This document shows positions 17,030 through 26,870 of a DNA stretch of 59,771 nt, in pieces. The notes under the pieces are model-generated. The model worked only from the letters and a program-made list of their open reading frames with translations, made no database searches and was not told the DNA's origin. The DNA lies in assembly GCA_902384675.1 (NCBI GenBank), contig CABMCT010000029.1, positions 1 through 59,771 of the forward strand. Reading direction: 5' to 3'. The DNA is from an uncultured archaeon (GTDB lineage: Archaea > EX4484-52 > LFW-46). The position numbers were made by a program, and so were the translations under genes. How positions within the stretch are numbered: position 1 is the first letter of the stretch; each line of letters begins with the position of its first letter.

Positions 17030-17470
17030 ATGAAAATTTGTCTCGCATGCTCTGCAGGAGGACACTTGGCCGAACTGCTGCAGGTAAAAGCCGCATTCAG
17101 GGGGCACGATACTTTTTTTGTTACCTTTCTTCGCGAGGATTCAAAGGAGCTCAAAAATGCATATTTTATCGAGGACCCGAGAAGAAATCCTTTGCGCCTG
17201 ATTAAGACTATTTTTTCGTCGCTTTCTATACTGAAAAAAGAAAACCCTGACGTGATACTCACAACAGGGGCAGGTGTTGCGGTTCCTATCTGCTGGCTGG
17301 CAAAAATCATGGGCAAAAAAGTGGCTTATCTTGAATCTTTTTGCAGGGTGAAGGAGCCTTCACTTTCGGGAAAGCTGGTTTATCCGATAGCGGATTTGTT
17401 TTTAGTGCAGTGGGAAGGCATGCTTTCAAAGTATGGCAAAAAGGCGAAATATTGGGGGGCTGTATTTTAG
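17030..17470 (+). CDS. Alg14/PssD-like glycosyltransferase acceptor subunit
   Basis: MKICLACSAGGHLAEL, PDVILTTGAGVAVP and YLESFCR...LSGKL. GAGGTG site upstream of ATG 17030. Confidence 0.9.
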   Translation: MKICLACSAGGHLAELLQVKAAFRGHDTFFVTFLREDSKELKNAYFIEDPRRNPLRLIKTIFSSLSILKKENPDVILTTGAGVAVPICWLAKIMGKKVAYLESFCRVKEPSLSGKLVYPIADLFLVQWEGMLSKYGKKAKYWGAVF

Positions 17471-17520
17471 CGCGAAGCGCTAAAAGCCGAGAGTGAACGC
17501 AAGTGAACGAACGGATTTTG
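17465..17520 (+). repeat. Repeat-family copy between the alg14- and alg13-like genes
   Basis: TTTTAGCGC-GAA-GCGCTAAAA perfect stem, followed by an AAAAGCC...GAACGGATTTT junction. Confidence 0.8.
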
Positions 17521-17540
17521 ATTTTAAGGAGGAGTTACCA

Positions 17541-18020
17541 ATGATTTTTGTTACTGTAGGAACTCATACGCAGGGGTTTGAGAGGCTCATTAAAGCAGTG
17601 GACGAGCTTGTTGGAGGAGGCAAAATAAAGGAAAAAGTAGTGATGCAGATAGGGAACACGAAGTACGAGCCGGAAAACTGCGAATACTTCCGCTTTGAGC
17701 GCTTTAAAAAAATCCTTGAATTGAATAAAAATGCACGAGTAATAATAACGCATGCGGGTGCGGGATGCGTCATAACCGCGCTGCAATTTAGAAAGCCGCT
17801 GGTTATTGTCCCAAGGTATAAAAAGTTCGGCGAGCATGTTAATGATCATCAGTGCGACCTTGCAGCGGCGCTTGAGCGGGAGAAGAAGGCAATCAATGTG
17901 AGCGATATAAGCGGCCTTGAAGCGGCGTTAAAAAACATTGGCAAACTGGCAAAAAAGAGAAAAAATGGCGCATTGGTAAGCAAATTAGCTGCATATTTAA
18001 ATCAACAGGCGGGTCTATGA
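17541..18020 (+). CDS. Alg13/PssE-like glycosyltransferase (GT28 C-terminal domain)
   Basis: [16 protein letters not shown] and IVPR...[14 protein letters not shown] site before ATG 17541. Confidence 0.9.
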   Translation: MIFVTVGTHTQGFERLIKAVDELVGGGKIKEKVVMQIGNTKYEPENCEYFRFERFKKILELNKNARVIITHAGAGCVITALQFRKPLVIVPRYKKFGEHVNDHQCDLAAALEREKKAINVSDISGLEAALKNIGKLAKKRKNGALVSKLAAYLNQQAGL

Positions 18021-19066
18021 AAGGCAAAAGCGCATTAATAACAGGGATAACAGGACAGGACGGCTCTTATCTGGCAGAACTTCTTTTAAGCAAAGGATAT
18101 ATCGTGCACGGAATAATCCGCAGGGCAAGCACATTCAATACCGCAAGGGTTGACCATATTTATTCGGACATCCATGACCCAAAAACGAGATTGTTTATGT
18201 ACTATGGCGACCTGTCCGATGCAGAGCAGATATCCAACATAATCTATAATGTAAAGCCGGACGAGGTTTATCATCTCGGTGCACAGAGCCACGTGCGCGT
18301 AAGCTTTGATATCCCCGAATATACAGGAAACATAACTGCTCTTGGAACAACGCGCATTCTTGAGGCAATGCGCAGGAGCGGCAACCACATAAAATTCTAC
18401 CAGGCATCGTCAAGCGAGATGTTCGGCGCAGCGCTTCCGCCGCAAAGCGAGACAACGCCCTTTATGCCGAGAAGCCCTTACGCGGCAGCAAAGGTTTATG
18501 CATACTGGATGGCGGTCAATTATCGCAACGGCTACAATATGTTTGCGTCAAACGGCATTCTTTTCAACCACGAAAGCCCCCGGCGCGGGGAGACATTTGT
18601 CACAAGAAAAATCACCCGTGCAATAGCCGCGATACTTACCAAAAAGCAAAATCAGCTGTACCTTGGAAATCTTGATGCAGAAAGGGACTGGGGATTTGCG
18701 CCAGAATATGTGGAAGGCATGTGGAAAATTCTGCAGGAAAAGTTGCCGGGAGATTATGTTCTCGGTACGGGAGAGACGCACAGCGTAAGGGAATTTGTTA
18801 ACGAGACGTTCAAATACGCCGGGCTGGATTCCGAAAAATACGTTGCAATAGACCCGAGATATTTCAGGCCCACAGAGGTTGAGAAATTGAGGGCGGCTCC
18901 GTCAAAGGCACGAAACCAGCTTGGCTGGACGCCGAAGATAACATTCAGAGACCTTGTCAAAATCATGGTCGATGCCGACATGCGTGCTGCAGGGCTGGCA
19001 CCGATCGGGGAAGGCGACGAAATTCTTGCCAAAAAATTCCCGCAAAGATGGTGGACAAAAGACTGA
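18017..19066 (+). CDS. gmd: GDP-mannose 4,6-dehydratase (intein-free copy)
   Basis: [36 protein letters not shown] and RDWG. Confidence 0.96.
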   Translation: MKGKSALITGITGQDGSYLAELLLSKGYIVHGIIRRASTFNTARVDHIYSDIHDPKTRLFMYYGDLSDAEQISNIIYNVKPDEVYHLGAQSHVRVSFDIPEYTGNITALGTTRILEAMRRSGNHIKFYQASSSEMFGAALPPQSETTPFMPRSPYAAAKVYAYWMAVNYRNGYNMFASNGILFNHESPRRGETFVTRKITRAIAAILTKKQNQLYLGNLDAERDWGFAPEYVEGMWKILQEKLPGDYVLGTGETHSVREFVNETFKYAGLDSEKYVAIDPRYFRPTEVEKLRAAPSKARNQLGWTPKITFRDLVKIMVDADMRAAGLAPIGEGDEILAKKFPQRWWTKD

Positions 19067-19093
19067 TTTTTGGATTTTGGAAAGTGATATATA

Positions 19094-20056
19094 ATGTCAT
19101 TCTGGAAAGGCAAGCAGATTCTTGTAACCGGGGGCGCAGGGTTCCTGGGACATTTTGTTGTGGAGGAGCTTAAGCGCAAAGGTGCAAAGGATATATTCGT
19201 GCCCCGCAGCAAAGAATTTGATTTAAGAAAACGCGAAAATTGTGCAAAAGTTGTAAAGGGAATAGATATTGTTTTTCACCTTGCTGCTTCTGTCGGGGGA
19301 ATCGGGGCAAACATGAACAATCCGGGAAAATTCTTTTACGACAACGCAATCATGGGCATTCAATTAATGGAGGAAGCGCGGCTTGCCGGGGTGAAAAAAT
19401 TCGTAACAGTAGGTACTGTCTGCGCTTATCCAAAATTTACTCCTGTGCCGTTCAGGGAAGAGGATTTATGGAACGGCTATCCCGAGGAAACAAATGCACC
19501 GTACGGCATTGCCAAAAAAGCCCTTCTTGTAATGTCGCAGGGCTACAGGCAGCAGTATGGCTTTAACAGCATTTTCCTTCTTCCGACAAACATGTACGGC
19601 CCGCGGGATAATTTTAACGAGGACTCGTCCCATGTTATCCCCGCGCTCATAAAAAAATGCATTGATGCAATCCGGAATAATGAAAACGAAATCGTGGTGT
19701 GGGGTACAGGAAAACCCAGCAGGGATTTTCTTTATGTAAAGGACTGCGCAGAAGCCCTTGTTCTTGCCGCAGAAGTCTACAACAAGCCCGAGCCTATGAA
19801 TATAGGGACCGGTGTTGAAGTTTCTATAAAGGACCTTGTTTCGATTATAGCAAAGCACACCGGGTTTAAAGGAAAAATTATCTGGGATGCAACAAAACCC
19901 GACGGCCAGCCAAGAAGATGCCTTAACACTTCCAGGGCAAAAAAAGAGCTTGGATTTTTTACAAAGACTTCTTTTGAAGACGGTTTAAGGGAAACAATTG
20001 ACGGGTATATTCAATCTCGAATACAACATAATTCAAAAGAGAAATTGAATAGATAG
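19094..20056 (+). CDS. fcl: GDP-L-fucose synthase
   Basis: [36 protein letters not shown] and PDGQPRR; follows gmd. Confidence 0.93.
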   Translation: MSFWKGKQILVTGGAGFLGHFVVEELKRKGAKDIFVPRSKEFDLRKRENCAKVVKGIDIVFHLAASVGGIGANMNNPGKFFYDNAIMGIQLMEEARLAGVKKFVTVGTVCAYPKFTPVPFREEDLWNGYPEETNAPYGIAKKALLVMSQGYRQQYGFNSIFLLPTNMYGPRDNFNEDSSHVIPALIKKCIDAIRNNENEIVVWGTGKPSRDFLYVKDCAEALVLAAEVYNKPEPMNIGTGVEVSIKDLVSIIAKHTGFKGKIIWDATKPDGQPRRCLNTSRAKKELGFFTKTSFEDGLRETIDGYIQSRIQHNSKEKLNR

Positions 20057-20118
20057 CGAATCGCTTAAAAATATTGGATTCGCTGTATAAAGGAACTCTA
20101 AATGCCAAGTGATCAATC

Positions 20119-21009
20119 ATGAAAGATGCTACAGTCATAATCCCTACGCGAAACGAGGAAAAAAACATGAACGAGTGCCTCGCAGCATATTCTAATCAGG
20201 ATTACAACAAGAAGAAATTCGGCATCCTTGTGATTGATGACTGTTCCACGGACAGAACGGCCGATGTTGTTAAAAAATACGCCAAAAAAGACGCGGGGTT
20301 TATAGAGTACATAAAAACTCCGTCGCGCCTTGGCCGCGTAAAATCCCTGAATCTTGGAATAGCAAAGTGCGATACTCCAGTCTTTATAGAGATGAACGCG
20401 GATTGCATCCCCGAAAAAAACTGGTTTCGTGTGCTTATGAACGGATTTTCCGACAAAAAAATTGCTGTGGTAAAAACCACAAGCCTCGGCGAGGGAGCAA
20501 GCAGCGCATACCGTACAGACGTAGTGAAAAAGCTTGGCATGTTTGACGAAAGGTATAATGAAATGGGCTCGGGTTTCCGGATGGATACCGACCTGATGTT
20601 CAGTATTCTTGATGCAGGCTATGAAATAAAGCGGATATCAGGAACCGGCTATGAGCACAAGCATCCTGCGCCGGCAACTTTTAAAGGGAAAATAAAGTAT
20701 GCAATATCGCGCGTCAAAGTGCACCGTTTCGATCCGCTTCTTTATAAAAACCACCCCCAAAGAACAAAGGAAATGCTTGACATACGGTGGGGTTTTTTGA
20801 GGAACCCTGCTCTTGATTTTAAGACAGCGACAGGGCTCTGGAGGGGAACAGGAAGTCTTGAGCTGTCAAGCCCCCAGGGAATAAAAATAATAGAAAACAA
20901 AACGCCGCTTCATGGATTAGTCATAGTTATTCTTGGAATCAGTTATGTTTTTGCGGTAAAGCTTGCGCGGCTTTATGGAAGCATCAAGTTTGGGAAGCTT
21001 CTGGTTTGA
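20119..21009 (+). CDS. GT2 glycosyltransferase
   Basis: VIIPTRNEE, VIDDCSTD and MNAD. Confidence 0.88.
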   Translation: MKDATVIIPTRNEEKNMNECLAAYSNQDYNKKKFGILVIDDCSTDRTADVVKKYAKKDAGFIEYIKTPSRLGRVKSLNLGIAKCDTPVFIEMNADCIPEKNWFRVLMNGFSDKKIAVVKTTSLGEGASSAYRTDVVKKLGMFDERYNEMGSGFRMDTDLMFSILDAGYEIKRISGTGYEHKHPAPATFKGKIKYAISRVKVHRFDPLLYKNHPQRTKEMLDIRWGFLRNPALDFKTATGLWRGTGSLELSSPQGIKIIENKTPLHGLVIVILGISYVFAVKLARLYGSIKFGKLLV

Positions 21010-21055
21010 TTGTACGATATCATTAAGGATATAAACTTAATTTCCAAAAACAATA

Positions 21056-21736
21056 GTGATGAAAACAACCCTGGTTCTCCTGACACTAAACGAAATTGAC
21101 GCTCTTAACAAACAGTTTTTAAAAATACCGATAAAGGCCGCTGACGAGGTTATTGCAGTCGACGGCGGCTCCACAGACGGGACAATAGAATTCTTCAAAA
21201 AAAACGGCGTAACGACAATAGTCCAGAAAGAGCGCGGGCGCGGAAGGGCATTTATATACGGCATGGATAATGCAAAAGGCGATTACATCCTGTATTTCAG
21301 CCCTGATGGGAACGAGAATCCTGCAGATATTCCGCGGCTTATAGAAGAAGCGAAAAAGGGACATGATATCATAACCGCTTCAAGGTTTATGGCAAGGGGG
21401 AAAAGCGATGACAGTGACGACCCGATGCTTGTAAGGAATATGGGAAACCGGTTCTTTACTGCATTGATCAATCTTTTCTACAGGTCAAAATACACCGATG
21501 CAATCAACGGCTTTAGAATAGTGAAAAAATCCGCCTTAAAGAACCTGAATCTTGATGCAACCGAGCACGAAATAGAGTTCCAGATGTCCATACGCGCGGC
21601 AAAAAAGAAGCTTACGGTCGCTGAAATTCCAACAATTGAGATGGAGCGAATCGGGGGGGCCCGGAAAGCTAACACATGGAGGATGGGTTGGCGTTTCTCT
21701 GTATTTTTTCTTCGCGAACTCTTTAAAAAATCCTAG
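21056..21736 (+). CDS. GT2 glycosyltransferase, Dol-P-Man synthase-like
   Basis: VDGGSTDGT, FSPDGNENP, ASRF and DAINGFR. Confidence 0.88.
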   Translation: MMKTTLVLLTLNEIDALNKQFLKIPIKAADEVIAVDGGSTDGTIEFFKKNGVTTIVQKERGRGRAFIYGMDNAKGDYILYFSPDGNENPADIPRLIEEAKKGHDIITASRFMARGKSDDSDDPMLVRNMGNRFFTALINLFYRSKYTDAINGFRIVKKSALKNLNLDATEHEIEFQMSIRAAKKKLTVAEIPTIEMERIGGARKANTWRMGWRFSVFFLRELFKKS

Positions 21737-21753
21737 GCATCAAAGGTTAAGTT

Positions 21754-23415
21754 ATGCAGGAAGATGTGATTAAAGACAATAAGAAACTTTTTGAAGCAGG
21801 AGTTATTGCCTTATTCATTGTTCTTTTCTTATTCGTAAAGCTCGCCCAGCCATGGCAATATTCATTAGCACACCAATACCCTTCTTTTTATAACGCGAAC
21901 GATAATTTCATAAACGGCTATGTCATTCCGCAGGACATAAAAGAAACAGGAAACTATATGTACGAGCCGTCTTATCTTGTAGGTGGATATAAGAACCTCG
22001 TAGGTTTTTTTCCGCCAATATTTTACCAGCTGACCGCTGAATTTTCAGCAGTAACCGTCCTGCAGACTTATGATGCATCCTACATTCTGGCCATCTTCAT
22101 TTCGATTACCACCGCACTTATAGCTTATTTTATCATACGCAAGTATTCGCCGGAACTGGCTTTGCTGAGCCTGCCGTTCATGCTAGGAGCATTTAATTTT
22201 GATTTCGAAATTGCACGTGCATTCGGTCTGTGGATGTATCTCACAGGAACGCTTTTCTTTGTGTCCATGGTGTGGATTATCGACAGGATTTCATCGAAAT
22301 ATTCTTTCCTGTTTTTCGCAATATTTTTTTCCGGTGCGATACTTGGGCATCCGCCTGAGGCAATTTTCTCAATAGGTTTTCTGGTATTCTATCTGCTTAT
22401 TCGGTACTTAAAAGAGAAAAAGCTACCAAGAGAAACCTTAAAGAACTTGGGTATCGGGATGGCAATCGCGCTCCTTATTTCATCATATTACCTACTTATT
22501 TTTAGATATGCTCTTATGCACGGGGCAACTAACCAGTATAAGCTATTCAGCGTTATGACGGCTCCTGATTTTGCGCCAAATCTCGGAGTGAAACTCTGGG
22601 ATTTTGGTATTATTTTCCCTGTTCTGATAATAGGCCTCTTAATAGCGATTAAAAAATTAGTATTCAGAAAAAAAGAAGAAATTCCATTCATACCCCTACT
22701 TGCCGGAGTTTTTGCCCTTATAGTAGGATACTCCAACTACTTGGGTATGGGAATACGTGCATGGCAGACACGAACCAGCTGGCCGTTCATGCTTGCCATT
22801 TTCTCAGGGATAGTGCTCTTCTACATATGGCAACGCTTTGCAAAAGACAAAAATACAATATATATTCCTGTAATAAGTTTGGCTCTTTTACTCATGTTTG
22901 CAACATTACACGTGGGGCAGCTTCAGGGCATGGGCATCGTAGATAAGCAATCTTGGGGCGCCCTGATGTGGATAAAGAACAATACACCGCAGAATGCAAA
23001 AGTGTATTACTACCCCATGCCACTTGCGACACAGCAATTTGCACTATGGTCGGCAGGCAGGGTGCCATATATTATCGATACTGACGACTATGTTAACGCC
23101 GCGAAGCAAGGTATTGTTAAAGACGATTACAAAGCATACATATTTGCCGCTGATGGCTCCAATTCCAATTTTGCTTACCGCGCGTCATTGACCCAGTATT
23201 ATTACCTTGCAGATAACGCCTCGGTTATGAACGGCTTCCTTAACAAGTCTTCCAGAAACGCCGATTATCACGTGCTCCAGATTGGAGGGCCACTGAACAA
23301 CCCTTATATATCGCAGTATAATCAGGCAATAAGGGCAAGATTATTGAATAGCAGCAGAGACATCAGCGAGGTATTTAATAACGGCGTGATCTCGATATTG
23401 AAAAAGAATGAATAG
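21754..23415 (+). CDS. Polytopic GT-C/STT3-like membrane protein lacking WWDYG (paralog A)
   Basis: Many TM helices, ANDNF in the first loop and a C-terminal soluble domain opening WGALMWIKNNT. Confidence 0.65.
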   Translation: MQEDVIKDNKKLFEAGVIALFIVLFLFVKLAQPWQYSLAHQYPSFYNANDNFINGYVIPQDIKETGNYMYEPSYLVGGYKNLVGFFPPIFYQLTAEFSAVTVLQTYDASYILAIFISITTALIAYFIIRKYSPELALLSLPFMLGAFNFDFEIARAFGLWMYLTGTLFFVSMVWIIDRISSKYSFLFFAIFFSGAILGHPPEAIFSIGFLVFYLLIRYLKEKKLPRETLKNLGIGMAIALLISSYYLLIFRYALMHGATNQYKLFSVMTAPDFAPNLGVKLWDFGIIFPVLIIGLLIAIKKLVFRKKEEIPFIPLLAGVFALIVGYSNYLGMGIRAWQTRTSWPFMLAIFSGIVLFYIWQRFAKDKNTIYIPVISLALLLMFATLHVGQLQGMGIVDKQSWGALMWIKNNTPQNAKVYYYPMPLATQQFALWSAGRVPYIIDTDDYVNAAKQGIVKDDYKAYIFAADGSNSNFAYRASLTQYYYLADNASVMNGFLNKSSRNADYHVLQIGGPLNNPYISQYNQAIRARLLNSSRDISEVFNNGVISILKKNE

Positions 23416-23427
23416 GTGCTTGTTGAT

Positions 23428-23802
23428 ATGGATAATAATGCAGTTAGCTCTAAAATAAAGTCAGACATAAAGACTCTTGGCATAAGCTTTGTAGCCTTAT
23501 TTATTATCCTAAAGCTTGTCTTCTTTAATGAGTCAATTACTAATACGCTTCTTTCAACCGTCGGGCTTTACTGGATATTAATACTGCCGGCATTCGGATT
23601 AACGTATTTAATTGAGGATATCGAGTTTTTGGAACGCCTTGTGATAAGCATACCACTAAGTGCGTCCATTGTCGGAATCTCTTCGTATTATCTTGGTATC
23701 TTGGGTGTCCCTGCGGTCCGCTCGGCATATTATGTACCTGCGCTATTTGTATTGCTTTCTGCCGCGGTAGCCTATTTTAAACTAAAAGGATTCAAAGAAT
23801 AA
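23428..23802 (+). CDS. Small membrane protein (DUF1616-like N-terminal module), partner of paralog A
   Basis: LILPAFGL...FLERLVISIPLS; about four TM segments; AGGTG site. Confidence 0.7.
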   Translation: MDNNAVSSKIKSDIKTLGISFVALFIILKLVFFNESITNTLLSTVGLYWILILPAFGLTYLIEDIEFLERLVISIPLSASIVGISSYYLGILGVPAVRSAYYVPALFVLLSAAVAYFKLKGFKE

Positions 23803-23957
23803 AGATTTTAACTAAGGTTATTTTAAATCCATTCAACCCTCTTCGGCAACAAACTTGTTAAAATTCAGTATCTACGGATTCTTTAAACTGACCGAAGGCA
23901 TGCTTTCGCTGCTAATAATTTCATCAGATGCTCTTATACGTTAATCCTAAGAGAAGA

Positions 23958-24317
23958 TTAAGTATTCACTGTAGGCTTTGAATAAGACAGCCAAATAGAA
24001 ACCGCAATAAACACTGGCGGCAGGATTATTGCAGAATACCTGACATGAAATCCGATAATACCAAGGTAATATGCACTTATTCCGACAAGTGCCCCGCCCA
24101 GAAGAATGCCGATAATTAACCGCTCGAAAAATTCGTTGATGCCAAAAACATCGGCCATGAAAAATCCCGGAAGCACAAACAGCCAGAAAAATGCGGATAC
24201 TGCCAGAGCAGTATTTGAAATGCTTTCGTTTATGAACAATAATTTGAACAGCACTAGAGCTATCAAATACAAATATGCCAGATTTTTGCAGTCCGATAAA
24301 ATCTTATCCGTATTCAT
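23958..24317 (-). CDS. Small membrane protein, paralog of 23428-23802
   Basis: Aligns by eye: KLLFINESISNT, FVLPG, ERLIIGI and GISAYYLGIIG. Confidence 0.72.
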   Translation of the reverse strand: MNTDKILSDCKNLAYLYLIALVLFKLLFINESISNTALAVSAFFWLFVLPGFFMADVFGINEFFERLIIGILLGGALVGISAYYLGIIGFHVRYSAIILPPVFIAVSIWLSYSKPTVNT

Positions 24318-24332
24318 TCACTCACCAGATTA

Positions 24333-24482
24333 TTTCCAATCGCCGAAGGCTATTGGAAAGCTTGAAACTCATTTTGAATATTTTCGCTCCACAATATGTA
24401 AAGCGAAAATTTCGAAAGCTTGAAAATCTGCATGATTGCATAATGATTTTCATGACATGTTTTGCAAGCGAGTTTCATGATT
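24333..24482 (+). repeat. Nested repeat-family copy
   Basis: Outer AAAGCTTGAAACTC (24357-24370)...GAGTTTCATGATT (24470-24482) encloses inner AAAGCTTGAAAATC (24415-24428)...GATTTTCATGA (24445-24455). Confidence 0.88.
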
Positions 24483-26135
24483 CTTTAAAATCGATATGCG
24501 CCCGTTGTTGTAAACTTCTGTCATATTTTTTGAAAGGAAATCCTCGCGTATCGCAAGGTTGTACTGTATCAGTGCCGGGTGGTCGCCAAGGGCAGATACC
24601 GTGAAAATATAATAGCTCATGTTGAAATACCCCGGCTGCTCAATCGGCTGGAGCACTTCCGTCGGATACGTTTCAAAGCCGAACCAGCCTGTGCGGTGCA
24701 GGCCGCCGTTATATTCCGAAGCAAGTTCGTACTTATATTCCTGCTTCAGCTTCTGGTTTTTTATTCCGTCGACGAGGTCATCAAAATTAACAGCGTACGA
24801 CATTCTTTCAGTATGATAGAGGGATTGTTTGGTAAAAAGAAGCGGCGTGTAAAAATAAAATACCTTGTCATTTTGCATTGTGTTATTTCGTATCCATTCG
24901 ATGCCACCCCATGTTCCTTTGTCCATTACTCCCTGCGGCGAAAGCTTTCCAATATGCATGCTGAAGAAAAAGGCAACAAGTAACGCGCTTATCAGGAATA
25001 TATGAGTTGTACTTATGTTGCGTTTTGCCTTCTTTACCAGGAAAAAAGCTCCTAATGCAAAAAGCGGAGAAAGATACAACGGCCACATTGCGCGCAACTG
25101 CCATGCACGCTCGGCGAACCCTATATAATTCGTATAGCCGACAAATAAAAAGAATATTGCAACCAGCATAGGAAACATGCTTTTTCCTTTTAGCTCAAGA
25201 AAATCTGACAGGGAGCTGTCGCTTTTGTTGCGCGAAAGAATGCTTATTGCAAAAAGAGCCATGCCAAGAACAAGAAACGCTATTGTGTAATCGAAATACC
25301 AGATAGATACACCCTTTCCCGGTGCCATGCTGAAATCAGTTGAAACCGTGAATGCCTGCATGTTTTTGTACCTGAAGTAAAGCCTCATTATGTTCAGGTA
25401 ATATGCAGAAAGAACAAACATTATTGCATACGCTCCGGCGATTTTTGACAGGAGCACCTTCTCCACTTTTTTGTCCTGGAAGAACTTCAGTATAAGGTAA
25501 ACTGCGATGAAACCTGTCACAAAAAACATCTGCACTGTATGGGCAAGAGCGCTTCCTGCCAGGAGCAACCCCAAAAGTATTGTCGGATGTTTTATCGTAT
25601 TGATATTACCCAGCACAAATAATGCTCCAAGCGCAAAGAATGTCCCGCTGACAAACCACCATATCCCGAAAGGATAAATAAGATCGAACGAGTAGTTAAA
25701 AACCCCGAGCATAAAAGGCAGGCTTAGTAGCGCAAGATTCTGGCTTTGCCTGCGTATTATCAGGTACATCGCAAGCATTGCAAGAACCGAAAATATAGCA
25801 GTAATGAAATATATTGAATCATATACCGCTATTCCTGTGATAGATGAGAACATTGCGGCGTATATGGGCAACAGCGGCGGCCCGATGTTTATTGATTTTT
25901 CAAACCCGTCGGAAATATATGTCGGAGAGAAAACAGGGGTGCCGGACGCCTTTGTTTCGTCCGTAAGAATAATGCTCTGGAATGCATCGTTTGCAACGTA
26001 AAATTGCGGATAAGTATGCGAAATTCTTCCGTCAAAAGGCTGGACGAGCCGCACGTAAAGAACCATGCAGAAAAAAATCGCAAGGAAAATTTTTTCGAGT
26101 AATTCGCGATTATCCTGATTTAATTCCGGTGCCAT
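24450..26135 (-). CDS. Polytopic GT-C/STT3-like membrane protein lacking WWDYG (paralog B)
   Basis: Shares ANDAF, LALLSLPFMLG, W..IRNNT and QYN.AIR..L with 21754-23415. Confidence 0.65.
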   Translation of the reverse strand: MAPELNQDNRELLEKIFLAIFFCMVLYVRLVQPFDGRISHTYPQFYVANDAFQSIILTDETKASGTPVFSPTYISDGFEKSINIGPPLLPIYAAMFSSITGIAVYDSIYFITAIFSVLAMLAMYLIIRRQSQNLALLSLPFMLGVFNYSFDLIYPFGIWWFVSGTFFALGALFVLGNINTIKHPTILLGLLLAGSALAHTVQMFFVTGFIAVYLILKFFQDKKVEKVLLSKIAGAYAIMFVLSAYYLNIMRLYFRYKNMQAFTVSTDFSMAPGKGVSIWYFDYTIAFLVLGMALFAISILSRNKSDSSLSDFLELKGKSMFPMLVAIFFLFVGYTNYIGFAERAWQLRAMWPLYLSPLFALGAFFLVKKAKRNISTTHIFLISALLVAFFFSMHIGKLSPQGVMDKGTWGGIEWIRNNTMQNDKVFYFYTPLLFTKQSLYHTERMSYAVNFDDLVDGIKNQKLKQEYKYELASEYNGGLHRTGWFGFETYPTEVLQPIEQPGYFNMSYYIFTVSALGDHPALIQYNLAIREDFLSKNMTEVYNNGRISILKNHETRLQNMS

Positions 26136-26157
26136 TACACATCACTTTGAATATTTG

Positions 26158-26258
26158 AAGTCATCTCGTTTGCTACTGCAAACTTGAAGCTTTTGAGGAT
26201 TTACGAGCGAAGCTTCGAAAGCTTGAAACTCAACAGGTATGCACAAGAGTTTTATGAC
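26158..26258 (+). repeat. Repeat-family copy
   Basis: TCATCTCGTTTGC...GCAAACTTGAAGCTTTTGAGGATTT, GCGAAGC and TTCGAAAGCTTGAAACTC...GAGTTTTATGAC. Confidence 0.85.
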
Positions 26259-26281
26259 AGGTATATTTTATCAATTATCTA

Positions 26282-26852
26282 TTAAAATGCCTGTTTTTTT
26301 ACAATAAACCGGTATTCTACTTCTTCAAATACCCCACACAAAAACACCACAGCCTCGAGCACAGGAAAGACGACAGGAGTGCAAAAAAATCAAATATTGT
26401 GCCCAGGAAATATCCTGCATAGTATGCCGGCTTTGACAGGACGGTTTTTTAAGATATTTTTGTGCAAACCATGAAAGCTTCATTTTTTTAATCTTAAGTT
26501 CGAATCCCTGATATCCTCCCTTAAACGATGGATTAAAATAGTACGGAAGGGAAACATCAAAACCCCTTTTATGCTCAGGGTGCGTGAATCCTCTTGAGAA
26601 ATGCGGTACCTTTATTATTATCAGGCCGCCGTCCTGCGAAATCCTATGCATCTCTTTGATGACCATAAACGGATTCTCCAGGTGCTCCAGTACATGGTCT
26701 GCCTCAATCAGCCCGAATTCATTGTCGCTGAACGGATATGGAAATTTGTTCAAATCATGCTTTACATCAGGCTTTGATACAGAGTAGTAGTCGACATTGA
26801 CATAGCCTTCCTTCCTGAATTCCCCGCAGCCAAGATTTAGTTTTTTTGCCAT
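26282..26852 (-). pseudogene. Class I SAM-dependent methyltransferase with two apparent 1-nt deletions in the 3' third
   Basis: LNLGCG...DVKHDL...HVLEHL. The frame becomes Cys-rich after an A6 run; successive shifted frames read LKKTVLSKPAYYAGYFLG...LWCF and FEEVEYRFIVKK. The span of 571 nt equals 3n-2. Confidence 0.6.
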
Positions 26853-26870
26853 AATCCTCAATTCTATCGG

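Noticed and set aside
20054-20092. AGCGAATC...GATTCGCT hairpin after fcl
   Set aside because: It lacks the family junctions and loop motif; a single isolated stem.
23803-23950. Imperfect stems between the convergent small membrane genes
   Set aside because: Only weak resemblance (CCGAAGGC, GATTTT) to the repeat family; could be a terminator region or a decayed copy.
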